The notes beneath the pieces were generated by a model, which had not been told where the DNA came from, searched no databases, and saw only the letters and a list, made by a program, of their open reading frames with translations. The position numbers and the translations under genes are program-made. A stretch of 64,000 bases of DNA from Hemiscyllium ocellatum (taxonomy: Eukaryota), in NCBI RefSeq assembly GCF_020745735.1, contig NC_083412.1, positions 36,273,181 to 36,337,180 on the forward strand, written 5' to 3'. Below, in pieces: positions 12,709 through 25,576 of the stretch (position 1 is its first letter; every line of letters begins with the position of its first letter).

Positions 12709-14511
12709 TCGTGAGGAAAGTAAACTGGCTTTCTTTAAGCTTGAATTTGTTTTTATTGCAAAGGAAGGACAGCTCTTTTTTCAGTGGTCCGGGATTTCTA
12801 ACTCAAACATTCACATCCATAATCTGTTTAGCTACCTGGGAGCCTGTCATGGATTTATTCGGAGGCAGATGGCCTTTGTCATTGAAAACCTTCTCCATGG
12901 TCACTGGAGCACAAACTAAATAACTTCCCATTGTTGGCTGAATCTCTATTTGTACCTCATGCCTAGCGCATTTGCACATTACTGCCCCCTCCCTTCTGGA
13001 ACAAAGCGGTTGTGTAAACAACACTTTTAAGAATGTAACGGTATTTTTTGAAAAATACAGCAATCTTTCAATAATCTTTGGTTTTTAAAACAGTTTTTTC
13101 CCCCATTTCATTCCACTATCAATAATACTGAATAATAAAAACATACTGTCTTTATATGCTGTGATTCAATTCTGCATTCAAGGATTCATAGACAGAGTTC
13201 TGTTAAGAAATTGCAGAGACCTGTCCAGGAAACATCAGAGCCAGCAGAGAAAAGAATTATCACTGAGATCACATCCTCTTTTGCAGTAGCAAGTGTGCTG
13301 TATTCTGAAGTTTACATGTTCAGCAGTACAGGCAACCTGTTTCACAGCTACTGTGAAAAGGTTTGTATGTCAGACAAATATTGGATTGGATGACAGCTGA
13401 TTTAGGGTAGGTGTGTTGGGAGGTGGTTTGGTTGCAGGTGGATGAGGTGGGTAGAGCGCTAGGTAAGTTGGTAGGTGCTAGATCACATGAGCTTTATATT
13501 TACCCAGAAGTTAGAGCAGATTTTCAATCCTCTTTTTTGGTTAACCATTAAGCTCACATATATTGGAATTCTCCAAATTCTCTTACTTTAATGGGTCCCA
13601 GATGCAGAGGAATTGCACATTGGAATTTTCAGTTTCCTGGTTAATTTCCTTGTTAGAATCAGCTGTGTCAGGATTTCCGGATGCTACTGGAATGCAACTC
13701 TATTTTACACTGTTGAAATGACTAACTGTCTATTGAATATCTAAGTTTTTAAAAAAATACCTTACTCCCATGGAGATCAAGCAATCTATCCTTCCTGTGT
13801 TCAGTCTGTCAGTTGCCTTACAACTTCAGAAACACCTATTGCTCAAAAAGTGTATTTTTAAAGATAAAGTTTCAGTGAGTCTCTTGACTAATCTTTCATC
13901 AAGTGAAGCAATTTTCACAACCTTTTGGACATGAGTCTTTGTTAAAACAATAGTGGAAGCACCTTCATAACATTTAGCTGCTGACATTTGTTTGAATAGG
14001 TCTGCCTTGAGTTGCTGGAGGAATTGGGGTTAAGAAGTGGTAGGAAATGGAATGTGTTGTGGGAAGTCAAAAAAAATGAGACAGAATAGGAATCACGAGA
14101 GATGAGAAGACAACTGTTTAGTGACAAGGCACATTTCTGCACCAGCTCCTACCAGAAAATTTAGCTTTCGTCAGCTGCTTTCCATGCAACTTGATATCAT
14201 GCCACTGATCATCCCATCTAAAAACTGAAAGCAGAAAAGGAAAACACCAAGATTATAGAACAAGAAACAGAGAGAACCAAGATGCATTAGGGTGTGATAG
14301 CAGTAAAAGTGGACAGAGAGGAACAGCAATGCAAAGCTCACAGGGACAGTTGCATCATAATATATTTTCTGACTTAACTGTGCATGATGACACAGGAGAT
14401 CCACTGTTAAATATTCAACTCTACAATAAATCTGAGTTAACTTGTTTAAAAATACAATAATTTGGGTCTTGTAATATCTAACCAAAATGGCAATTTTCTT
14501 TCGTTTTGAAG

Positions 14512-14634
14512 CTTGGCCATGTGAACATTCGCTTTGCTGAGAATCGTCTGCTTTTTAAGTCTGCTTCTTGGAATTTAACCACCATGAAAACAGCGATTCT
14601 CAAAAATTATGGACAACATCATGCTTACTTTAAG
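14512..14634 (+). CDS. cfap47: CFAP47 exon 4
   Basis: tttgaag| ... aag|gtctgt; LGHVNIRFAENRLLFKSASWNLTTMKTAILKNYGQHHAYFK (human AILQNVGQNHAYFK). Confidence 0.92.
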
Positions 14635-15164
14635 GTCTGTCAGTTACTGATTTTTTAGTTAGGTTGTTTCAATTTCTTTCCAATTATTTGTTTGATAAAA
14701 ATACAATTGGATTTGTATGAAGGCTGAAAACAAATGTTAAGTATTTTAGTTTAGAATATGAGACAGTTTATGTTTGACCACACAATCTTTTTTCATTATT
14801 TTTATCCATGTACATCAATGGAGTTGGGGTTCAATGGGAAATATAACACAAATACAGGACAAACTAGAACTTGATACATTTTGGCATCATGTATACTTAT
14901 AAAGTGCCTTTAAAAAGTGAAGTGACCCAATATCCTTCACAAACTGAATAAATGAACAAAGAACAGAGGAGGAGGATTAAGGGAACAAGAAATCGGAATG
15001 GGAGTTGACCAGACAGTTTAATAAACACACTTCACCATTACCAAGGTCATGATTGATCTTAGACTTTAATTCCACTTTCAAGCCTTTCCCCATAACCCAT
15101 GATTCCAAAGACCAAACATCTGCCTATCCAAGCCTTAAATATATTTGATGATATATTATTTTTA

Positions 15165-15689
15165 AAAATTTACTCATGGGATGTGGGTGTTGTTGGCTGA
15201 GCTAGCGTTTATTGCCCATTCCGAGTTGCCCTTGAGAAAGTGTTGGCAAGCTGCCTTCTTGAACTGCTTTTGTCCATTTTGAGTAGATGAACCCACAATG
15301 CTGTTGGGGAAGGAGTTCCAGGATTTTGACCTAATAATACTGAAGGAATGGTAATATATTTCCAAGTCAGGATATTGAGGAGCTTGGAAGGGAAGTTGCA
15401 GGCAATGATGTTCCTGTGTATATGCTATACTTGTCCTTCTAGCTGTTAATGGTTGGGGTTTTGGATGGTTTTGACTCAGGAGCCTTGGTGAATTTTTGCA
15501 GTGCATCTTCTGATGGTACATTGCTGCCCCTCTGTGTTAGTGACAGAGGAAGAGAACATTTGTGGATATGAATGTCAATCAAGTGGATCGTTTTGTCCTG
15601 GATAGTGTCAAATACCTTGGGTGTTGTTAGAACTGTCGTTAGATCCAGATAGGTGGGGAGTATTCCTTCACACTCTGACTCATGCCTTG
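15165..15689 (-). mobile_element. L2/CR1-group LINE 3' end (tail shared with Deu-type SINE)
   Basis: Minus strand ends gggcaataaacgctagctcagccaacaacacccacatcccatgag; same tail at ~23630 and ~25100. Confidence 0.7.
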
Positions 15690-16322
15690 AGTTATGACAC
15701 AGTGGTGAACCCCTCTGTTAATTAAACTAAACACCCAGAAAAGCTAACCTCACCTCGTAATTTGTTAAAGTAAATGAGTGATGGAAAACTCCCAAATTCC
15801 ACTATATAATGAAGATAATGTCAATTTATTCTTTAACTCTAAAAGTGAACATTAAACAATTATTCACAACTCTAAGCCCCCCCTTTCTCGTAACTGCTTC
15901 CTCCAACTCTATAACAATATGCTGTTCCATAAAACACTTATTAAAATTACATCAACTTAATTTCAAAACCATATAGCAGCTGTCACCATCAGTGTCTTTC
16001 TTTTGGCCGAAGATCTCTCTGGGTCGTTTTCTTTCTTTTTACTGTGTAGATGTTTCATATGAAAAGATACCTTTGATAGAGAGTATTTGATTGGGTTTTA
16101 GTATCCTGGGGCATAATTTAAGCTGGTTGATTAAATTTGAATCATTGCTGAAACAGCAACCAACTCGGGTATCTATTTCACAGCCAGATGTTACATATTC
16201 TCAATATTCCAGTACACTCTGGGACTGCTAGTTAGCTATATGACTGGTGCTTGTAAGCTCTCAGTGCAAAACAGCATTCACTCTCTCTTAAAGCTACAGT
16301 ACATGCTTTCAACTTCACAACA
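15690..16322. mobile_element. Solo LTR
   Basis: (a/t)gttatgacac...ttcacaaca; 4-bp TSD cttg; interrupts the LINE; similar at one end to the LTR at 31128. Confidence 0.7.
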
Positions 16323-17292
16323 CTTGTAGATCTTGGACAGGCTTTGTAAAATCAGGGCACAAGTTCCAAATTTCCCTGCCCTGATCTGCTCTTGTCATCA
16401 TAATATTTATAATGCTGCTCCAGTTCGCCATCTGGTCAATAGCAATCATTGGGATTCACAACCCTCTGCTGTTGAGAGTTCCAACAATTCATTGATCTTT
16501 GAGAAGAAAGCAACTTCTCGTCATCTAAATCATAAAAAATTGTTCCTTATTGTGAAGACATGCTAGATTCCTGATCAGCAAAAATAATCTCTTAGCATTA
16601 ATCCAAAAAAGCCACTTCAGAATTTTGAATGTCTCAAAGAGATTCATTCTTCTAAACATAAGAGAATATAGGCCCGATACACTTGACATCTCATCATCAA
16701 ACAAATGCCTCATTTCAAGGATCAACTTAGTCATCATTTACTGTACTCCAGTGGAAGGATTCTATCTTTTGATATGCAGACTAAAGCTGTGCACTCTGCG
16801 AATTCCAGGTTTGGTCTCACCAAAGCTCTTTTCAGTTGTAACAAGACTTTATTCTTGTACTGTAATCCTCCTCAATAAAGGGCAACAGACCATTTGCTAG
16901 GCAATGTCAAAGTTGCACAACACTCTGAATGAAGATATTTCACCTCTTGTCAGGTATAAGAGGCTGATCCTCACTCCAAGGCTGCACCTCAGTTTTAAAA
17001 TCTACAGCGAAGTGAAATGCTTTCCAGGCATCCAACTTGTCAAGGTCTTAAGCAATTTAGATGTTTCAATGAAATCACTTCTCAGTCTTCCAAGTGCAAG
17101 GGAATTGGGACCTTGCTGATGCAATCTCTCCTCACAGGACAGAATCCCATCCCAGTAACCAGCTTGTTAATTTTTGTGATAGCTTACTGATTCTTTTTTC
17201 AGCTTGTTAGCAAAAGAGTCAAATCATGTTCCATGTTGATTCAGTAATGTAACTTGCTCCAAACTTATATTGTCCTTTTTTCTGCTTATAAG

Positions 17293-17424
17293 GTAAGAAA
17301 TGTGCATCCTGTTCCGGGAATGACTGTAACTCCTGCTTATGGAATAGTACCAGTTGGAGGTCATGTGCTTTTCAAAATTTTCTTCCATCCAACAACAGTG
17401 TTCAAATTTGATACCAGATTAAAG
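17293..17424 (+). CDS. cfap47: CFAP47 exon 5
   Basis: ttataag| ... aag|gtaaat; VRNVHPVPGMTVTPAYGIVPVGGHVLFKIFFHPTTVFKFDTRLK (human GIVPFGG...KFDTRAK). Confidence 0.92.
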
Positions 17425-17537
17425 GTAAATCAAAAACAAATATTTTGAACAAAATTACTGAAGAATAAACATCTGTTTGTTTTGAAAGACACTGAGATTC
17501 CACATTTCCTGATTAAATATTTATGATATTTTCTCAG

Positions 17538-17615
17538 CTAGACATTCGTAATTCAAAACTATTGAAGCTACGGGTTGGTGGATCAGTGATAAGACCAATG
17601 GCTGAAATTGATGTG
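17538..17615 (+). CDS. cfap47: CFAP47 exon 6
   Basis: ttctcag| ... gtg|gtcagt; LDIRNSKLLKLRVGGSVIRPMAEIDV; preceded by a 113-nt intron. Confidence 0.9.
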
Positions 17616-17839
17616 GTCAGTATCTTATCTGTATTCTTTTACTGTAACTCTGAATTATTTCATGCTCATGCTCCTTGAGAACTTAAAAATAACATTTTGC
17701 TAAGCGTTTGTTTGGGAGGCCACCAACACTCCATTTGGGAATCTCCAATCACACCACTCAAAGCCTGGTTCAAACAGATAGTCCATGTATCTTCATCATG
17801 TCTACTAAAATTTGCACTGATGAAAAAAAATCCAAGGTT

Positions 17840-18310
17840 TTATGAAAAGCTTTTCATCTTGCAAGAATACCAATACAGTATAAGGGAAAGGCATTATTCA
17901 GATTGTATGAAAAGAGAGCGCAGATTAAGAATGCTCCCATTAATGCTGATTAAGAGTTAGAAACAGGCTTTGTTCAAATTTTAAAACAAGTTGTAGATTT
18001 ACTAGTTAGAGCATTATCCTGAGAAACTAACCAACAAATGTCTGTCAGTATTTTGGTGTAATATATGTACATAATTTTTTTTGCCTGTAAGGAACAGGGC
18101 CCTTAAAGCGAATACATGCAATTTCCGGTATACATAAGTCCATCACAATGCAAGGCTGAGTGATCATCCTGAATCGATTGTCAGCATAATTCTTCATGCA
18201 TTCAGGATTATCCAACAACTCATTCAATTATCTTGCTTGTTATGAGCAACTGAAAGGACATGCTGGGACTTAGAGCCAATATACCAGGTATCACACTGAC
18301 ATTGAAATTC
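17840..18310 (-). mobile_element. Penelope-like element 3' fragment (GIY-YIG endonuclease + tail), third family
   Basis: EFQCQCDTWYIG ... LLDNPECMKNYADNRFRMI ... GPVPYRQK; tail keeps gcaagatGAAAagctt. Confidence 0.7.
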
Positions 18311-18605
18311 ATAGGATAAGAGGTCATAGCCTTAGGATAAGGGCAGCAAATTTAAAACAGAGGTGAGGAGAAACTACTTCTCCCGAAAGGTAGTGAATCT
18401 GTGGAATTTGCTACCCCAAAGTGCAGTGCATGGGACAGTGAGTAAATTTAAGGAGGAGTGAGACAGATTTTTAATTGGTAATGGGTTGAAATGTTATGGG
18501 GACAAAGCAGGAAAATGGGAGTGAGGAACATATTGGCCATGATTGAATGGCGGATCAGACTCGAAGGACCGAAAGGCCTAAATCTGCTCCTATATGTTAT
18601 GAACC
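18311..18605 (+). mobile_element. CR1 3' end
   Basis: RGHSLRIR..FKTEVRRNYFS motif and CR1 tail. Confidence 0.8.
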
Positions 18606-18688
18606 TATATGGCATATTACTCATTTGTGTAATAGTCATATGGCTTCTGTTAAACACCACTCATGTTGCTACCATCTTCTGTTGTGAT

Positions 18689-18913
18689 TGTACCAAGGTC
18701 AGCCAGGTGTACTTCATAAAATATGAGTTCTTTGATTAGGGCTGTGAATCTGCTCCTATCAGGGAGCCCTAATTGTCAGATAAGAACTGGAGTGTCAGAC
18801 ATTATGTTCACTGAGAACTGGCTCTGAGGGAGCTGGATCAGTGTCAAGGACTTTTCACATGTAAATAAAGAGTGATTTGGTGAAAGGACAGAAGCACCTG
18901 TAGAGTTATTTCA
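18689..18913 (+). mobile_element. Short solo LTR
   Basis: tg...aataaa...gttatttca; related to 57342-57675; no TSD found. Confidence 0.5.
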
Positions 18914-19640
18914 CCCTTCCAGTCTGAGGTCACCTGGGCACTTTTAAAGACCTTTTAATAGCACTTTTAATAGCCCTTGAGAGTCTATGGGCTGAAGTTT
19001 CATGACTGACATTAGTAGCTTGAGTCTGAAAATATCTATACTTGGCAGACCCCTCTTGTTTCAAGGGTCACTGTCAGGCAATTTATTTTCCATGAAGGTT
19101 GGGGCACAATATCTTTAAGAATGCTGACCCCAAATGTATTTAATGCTGTTGGACTCTGCAACCTCACCATTGACAATGCTTGACCTCATTCTCTCCCTGT
19201 GAATTCAATATTCATGTCAGTATTCCTATAGTTCCATGTGCTACAGGATCAATCTCATTGATAATTTCATGAGTAAGGCCCTAGTCACCTGGTCATTGTG
19301 TCAACTGTTAAATTAACTATTTATACTGTATCTACAAGCCAATGATAGCCAACTAATCATCATCTTTTTCTTAACCTGTATAACATGTGTTCAGTTTTCA
19401 ACCCTGATTTCTTACATTCCAATCCTGATGAGTGCAAGATAAAATGCTTTGACTTTGTGTCTCCTTTGAGTAATGTTTAAGTTCTGTCCTACTTAGTTTT
19501 CTTTACAATTATTTCAAAGAAACTTATTCAAACCTCGTATTAGTGTGGAAATTATTTAGCATAATTGGAGCATAATGTGATATTGGGAATGAATATTTGA
19601 ATAAATGCAAAAGACTGTATACCACTCCAGATTCATGAAT

Positions 19641-20010
19641 TGAAGGGTGACCTTATAGAGAATTATAAAATCATGTGGGGCATGGATAGGATAAATAGGC
19701 AATGTCTTTTCCCCAGGGTAAGCGAGTCCAAAACTAGAGGTCATAGATTTAGGATGAGAGGGAAACGATTTAAAGGTGAGCTAAGGGGCAACGTTTTCAT
19801 GCAGTAGATAGTGTGTGCATGGAATGAGCTGTCAAAGGAAGTGATGGCGACTGGTACGTTTACAGCATTTAAAAGGCATTTGGATGGGTACATGAACAGG
19901 AAGAGTTTAGACGGATATGGCCAAATGCTGACAAATGGATCTAGATTAACTTAGGATATCTGGGCGAAGGGTCTGTTTCTGTGCTGTACATCTCTTAGAC
20001 TCTATAACTG
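19641..20010 (+). mobile_element. CR1 3' end
   Basis: LKGDLIENYKIM...KTRGHRFR; tail gtgctgtacatctct..gactcta. Confidence 0.85.
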
Positions 20011-20502
20011 CCAGATAATGTGAATTTTATCATGGCATGAATGATTGATTAAATTTTGTTTGGATTACATTTTGGAGTAAATGTAGCCTTGATCTTCTGA
20101 GTTAGTAAATGTTTCAATTGGCCTTCTAAAAAGAAAGGAGATAATCTCATCAGGCCATGTTATGCAGAAGATTTTTGCCAACAAGCTCCAAAGTGGCAGC
20201 ATGTTGGACATTATAAGCTTTTATGAAGACAGTTAACAATCAAAACATGAGGAAATTATATTGCCATTTTAAAAAAACTGACTGAAAAGCATTATTCCTC
20301 CTTGATTCTGCACAAAGATTTGATTTGACTTTCTTCTATGAATTCTGATGTTACTTTCAAATTATTATCTTAATATAAAAATGCTACTATATTCCACAAA
20401 GTTGAAGAAAAGTGTAATTAGGATGTACTGTGGAACATTTCAATATTTTTCTGATTTATCTAATTTAACTAACATTGTAATGTCATTCTTCTTTATCTGC
20501 AG

Positions 20503-20647
20503 AAATCTTTCGTGTTCCATGGTATATACTGTGGTGCTTCTTCCACGATTCCATTCACTTTAATTAATTCAACTGAATCACCAATCAAACTTGAATTTGA
20601 CTTTGCTAAGTACAGAGATTTCTCACTGAATTTTGAAGCGTCTGCAG
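20503..20647 (+). CDS. cfap47: CFAP47 exon 7
   Basis: ctgcag| ... g|gtataa; KSFVFHGIYCGASSTIPFTLINSTESPIKLEFDFAKYRDFSLNFEASA. Confidence 0.9.
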
Positions 20648-21519
20648 GTATAAATAACAAAATTTGGATTGTAGAGTTATCCCATTAAACTATTAAAAGA
20701 CAGCCTAGAATTTCTGAGGATTTCCTAATGTTTTCAGTGCTAGATTCGTTTCAGGGTAATGACCATTTTCGACAATTGACACCATTTTTGGGAGGCTTCT
20801 GCCAATCTACATCACAGTCAGCTAAAACTCAGAAATAGTTATGGAGAGCTTCTTTTGGATTTTGGAGAAGTATGAAAAAGATTTTTTTTGTCTTGAGCTA
20901 CAATGTTTCATAGAAACCCCTACCCCGTGAAACCCACTTTACAAAAACCCTGCTACCAGTACAGGCCTCCATGATTCTGGGCCTCTGGTTGCAGGTTGTT
21001 CTGAAAGCATTCACAAATCCCCAGGCCAGGTTGTTCAGCAAATGAACTGCTGGCCTCAGAATCGCTAGCAACTTTCAGTAGGTACGATTTGGTGAAAAGC
21101 TGCTGGTGGATTCCTTTCTGGCTGATCTCAATTCCAATTTTCCCACTAAGTCACGCACTATCCTGTCTTGAACGAATGTCTCCTGCCTTGCTTAAAATTT
21201 AAACAGAGCTGTGTAATTAACTGTCACTCATTGTTAGCTGGTTATCATCTACAGGTCTAGGTCTTCAGAAGTTGTACCAACACAAAACTGGAGTGATTGT
21301 CAAACTATCTATACATTTCATAGATCCTTAAACTCTTAAATTCATTTTTTTTCAATTCTTGCTTTGTTGTTAAAAGTTCAGCAATTATCAATATGTATGT
21401 ACTTTTCATTCTCCATGCATATATTTTTATTTTGGGGAAAAGGGGATCGTGTTTTGTTACTTTAAGAGCCAAGTACTAGGGTGACACCACATGACCTGCA
21501 GTTCTAAGGACTCCAAGCA

Positions 21520-21833
21520 GCAATAGGTTCCCTTTAGTGTGGAAAGGGGTCATCTGGCCCAACAAGTCCACACTGACCCTCCGAAGAGTAACCTAGCCAG
21601 ATCCATTCCCCACCGCTATGTTTACTACTGCACTGAACACAATGGGCAATTTAGCATGGCCAATTCACCTGGCCTGCACATCTTTGGATTGTGGGAAACC
21701 AGAAAACCTGGAGGAAACCCTCGCAGACACAGAGGGAATGTGCAAACTCCACAGAGACAGTTGCCCAAGGCGGGAATCGAACCCAGGTTCCTGTCGCTGT
21801 GAGGCAGCAGTGCTAACCACTGAGCCACCATGC
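21520..21833 (-). mobile_element. HE1-type tRNA-derived SINE
   Basis: Minus strand gcatggtggctcagtggttagcactgctgcctcacagc (A box) ... gggttcgattcc (B box); CR1-derived tail. Confidence 0.88.
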
Positions 21834-21842
21834 TCCCTATAA

Positions 21843-22557
21843 ATTAGACTAGACAATAGACACAGGAGTAGGCCATTCTGCCCTTCGAGCCTGCACCACC
21901 ATTCAATATGATCATGGCTGATCATCCTTAATCAGTATCCTGTTCCTGCCCTATCTCCATAACCCTTGATTCCATTTTCCTTGAGAGCTCTATCCAATTC
22001 TTTCTTAAATGAATCCAGAGACTGGGTCTCCACTGCCCTCTGGGTCAGAGCATTTCACACAGCCACCACTCTCTGGGTGAAGAAGTTTCTCCTCATCTCT
22101 GTCCTAAATGGTCTACCCCGTATTTTTAAGCTGTGTCCTCTGGTTCGGCACTCATCCATCAGCGGAAACATGTCTCCTGCCTCCAGAGTGTCCAATCCTG
22201 TAATAATCTTATATGTCTCAATCATATTCCCTCTCACTCTTCTAAACTCAACGGTATATAAGCCCAGTTGTTCCAGTCTTTCAGAGTAAGGTAGTCCCGC
22301 CATTCCAGGAATTAACCTCGTGAACCTACGCTGTACTCCCTCAATAGCCAGAATGTCTTTCCTCAAATTTGGAGACCAGAACTGCAGACAATACTCCAGG
22401 TGTGGTCTCACCAGGGCCCTGTACAGCTGCAGAAGAATCTCTTTGCTTCTATACTCAATCCCTCTTGTTATGAAGGCCAGCATGCTATTAGCCTTCTTCA
22501 CTACCTGCTGTACCTGCATGCTTACCTTCAATTGACTGGTGTACAAGAACACCCAGA
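21843..22557 (-). mobile_element. Young 5'-truncated CR1 LINE
   Basis: Uninterrupted 173-aa ORF2 C-terminus (LYRALVRPHLEYC..RVRGNMIETYKI..TRGHSLK) plus tail. Confidence 0.92.
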
Positions 22558-22689
22558 CTAGGGATGTAACTTGCAATTATAAAGTAGTTTGTATTTTAAG
22601 TCAGCATGTTTAAGTAAATTAACCTTATGCTATTTATTAATCCTGTATTAGAATAATGATTCTGTGTTAAAGAACTCAAGAATGCAACT

Positions 22690-24330
22690 ACCAGTGGACT
22701 GAAAAATTGCTAATGTAATACTTCTAATCAAGAAGGGAAGGAGACAAAATGAAACAATCTATTTACCGATTAGACATCAGTCAATGAAAAAACTGCGAGA
22801 ATTCATTCCTGAAGAGATCTAAGATTCTACAATTAGGCAGAATCAGTACAGGAAAAAACAAAACAAAGAACTGTGTATGCTGGAAACTGAAACAGAACAG
22901 AAATTACTGGAGAAACTCACCAGGTCTAGCAGCATCAGTGCAGAAGCAGAGTTAATGTTTTGAGTCCAGTGATCTTCTTTCAGTTCAGACCTTCAGCTGC
23001 AAGACCTGCTGAGCTTCTCCAGCAGTTTCTGTTTTAGAGTCAGTGTAATTTTGTGAAAGTGAAATGGTATCAGGCAAATAACAAGCAATGTGGATGAAGA
23101 GAAACCCAGCGATGTGCTGTACTTAGATTCCCAGCAGGCATTCAACAAGGTGCCATTCAAAATTTACTAGACCAATTAGGAGCTCATGGGAGGGAGGGGG
23201 GGTAAAATATTAGCATGGATCGAGGATCAATTAGCTGACAGGAAGTGAACAGTAGTGGTAAGTAGGTTATTTTTAGGTTGGCAAACCTTTACTGGTGGAA
23301 CGTCAAAGGGATCAATGCTGGGATCAACTATTTGCAATAGATTTTAATGACTTGGATGTAGTGACTAAATATCTGAAAGACCAAATGAAAGTGCCCTTCC
23401 AAACTTTCAACCTCTGCCATTCAGAAGCTTTAAGGCAGCCCAATGCATGGAAACACCACTTCCTGCAAATTCCCCTCTAAGGCACAACCCATTCAAACTT
23501 GGAACTGTATTGCCATTCTTTCACCATTGCTGGGTCAAAGTCATGAATGTGCCTTTCTAACAGCATTGTGGGTGTGCTTACAGCCAAGGATAATGGTTCA
23601 AGAGACAGCTCACCACTATCTTCCCAATGAGCAATAAATGCTGGCTTTGTCAATGATTCCCATGTACCACAAAAACACATTTTTATGTGTGGTCCGGAAG
23701 GTAAATGGAATGTTGATACTTATTGCAAAGGCAATTGAATATAAAAGTAGGGAAATTTTGCTCTAACTGTGTAGATCTATAGTTAGACCTCTCTGGAATA
23801 CTACATACAAATTTGGTCTCCTTTCTTAAGAGAGGATGTAATGGTAATTGAAATATTTCAGAAAATGATTACCTAATCAATTCCTAGGATTATATCACGA
23901 GGAAGGTTGAATACCTTGGCTGTGTACCCATAAGGATTGAGATGAATGAGAGGTGTTTTTATTGAAACACATAAAGTTCTGAAGAAAGTTGACAGGGTGC
24001 ATTATGGGTGGATATTTTCCACTTTGGGGCAATCAAGTACTGGGTGCACAATTTAAAAATTAGGGGGTCCCTCATTTAAAACAGGCAAGGATTATTTTTT
24101 TCTTTGAGATGTGTAGAACTCCCCTTCCCAGGAAATAGTTATGGATATTCATTGAATATATTCAAGAATGAGTTGAATAGATTTTTGAGCAACAAGCAAG
24201 TCTAGCATTAATCAGGGCAGTCAGGTGAGTGATGTTGAGGCTATAATCATATAACCCATGATCTTATGGACTGACAAAGCAGGTTCAAGTGTCCAAGTGA
24301 CTTTCTCCTCCTCCTAATTCCTGACTTCTT
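22690..24330 (+). mobile_element. Old CR1 ORF2 remnant interrupted by a PLE fold-back (22853-23035) and a LINE tail (~23400-23680)
   Basis: ANVILLIKKG, DVLYLDSQQAFNKVP motifs, CR1 tail. Confidence 0.7.
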
Positions 24331-24477
24331 GTGACTTCCTTATTCCTAGAATTTCTGGATTCCCCTCTATTACCACACCAACATGCTCCTTCCATGCCTC
24401 ACTGCAAATATCAAGGCCTCTATTAACGCTAATTGCAGTTATGGGGTCTAAATTGTAATTTTAATCTTTACCTGTAG

Positions 24478-24572
24478 ATGCAACACAAGATCTGCTGAAT
24501 CATCAGTTGTATATTGTTTCTCTAAGAGGGAGAGAGCATATCAAATGCGAATTAGTGTTCAGTCCTACAGAT
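24478..24572 (+). CDS. cfap47: CFAP47 exon 8
   Basis: cctgtag| ... gat|gtaagt; DATQDLLNHQLYIVSLRGREHIKCELVFSPTD (human LECSITFSPKE). Confidence 0.9.
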
Positions 24573-24789
24573 GTAAGTATCGAAACAACACTAAATCTAT
24601 TTTTAAGTTTAATGTTTATGTTTTACATCTTGCTCAGGTTTACTTTAATTACTGAGATGTATGAGGTCAGTTGGGGGGGGGTTTATGGAGTTGCAAGGCT
24701 GGGCTGGTCAAGGTCGTAAATTGTTCATGTGGAGCAGGAGGACACTGTTTGGTTGGCATGCCATAGAAGTGTCAGTCAGAAGTTGCTCA

Positions 24790-25150
24790 TTGTGTTGTGT
24801 TATAGTTGTAATGTCATTGCGTAAATAATCCCAAACCCAGGATTAATGTTCTGGGGGCATGAATTCAAATCCTACCATAGAAGATGGTGAAATTTGAATT
24901 CAATAAAAAAAACTGACTTTAAAAACAAAGCTGGCTTAAGGGTAACCACTGTCAATTGTCATAAGAATCTATCCAGTTCACCAATATCCATTAGGGAAAT
25001 CTACCATTTTTACCTGGTCTGGCCGACACGTGACTTCAGACCCAAAGCAATGTTGGTGACTCTTAACTGTCCTCTGGCAATTTGAGATGAACATGAAATG
25101 TTGGCCTAGCCAGTGATGCCCACATCCCATGAACAAATATCCTTAAAAAA
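24790..25150 (+). mobile_element. Deu/SacSINE1-type SINE
   Basis: Eroded tRNA head (..aattcaaatcctaccat), central domain, tail gccagtgatgcccacatcccatgaa. Confidence 0.7.
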
Positions 25151-25479
25151 AGAGTGCAGAAGGCTTCCTTAAGAAGAGCTGGAATTGGCAAGTAAACTGG
25201 CAGTTGATCGCTATTCTCCTAAATTGGTCATTTTTGCAACTGTTTTAGGCCCATAAAGTGGGCATAACTATGTTAAATTTAAAAATAAAGACACAAAATT
25301 CTGGAAATGCTGAGTAGATCAGGGCTGCCTCTGTGAGAAGAGAAACAAAGTTAACTAGTCAGGTTTCATCCAAATGCAGTTTACATGGATCTGGTAGGGT
25401 CTGAATTAGAGTATAGCAAAAATTGTCAGCGAAAGCTGTGATTTCATTGGGCTAAATGGCCTGTTCTTGTTCCTTATTG

Positions 25480-25576
25480 ATTCCTGATGAAGGGCTTTTG
25501 CCCGAAATGTCGATTCTCCTGCTCCTTGGATGCTGCCTGACCTGCTGAGCTTTTCCAGCAACACATTTTCAGCTCA
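25480..25576 (+). mobile_element. pLTR-only PLE insertion with minimal HHR
   Basis: TSD ttccttattg (25470-25479, 25577-25586); CTGATGA-a-GGGC-tttt-GCCC-GAAA-tgtc at 25484-25511. Confidence 0.85.

Noticed and set aside
21760-21833. tRNA genes (also 41671 and 48890)
   Set aside because: A/B boxes continue into SINE body and CR1-type tail; these are SINE heads, not full cloverleafs.
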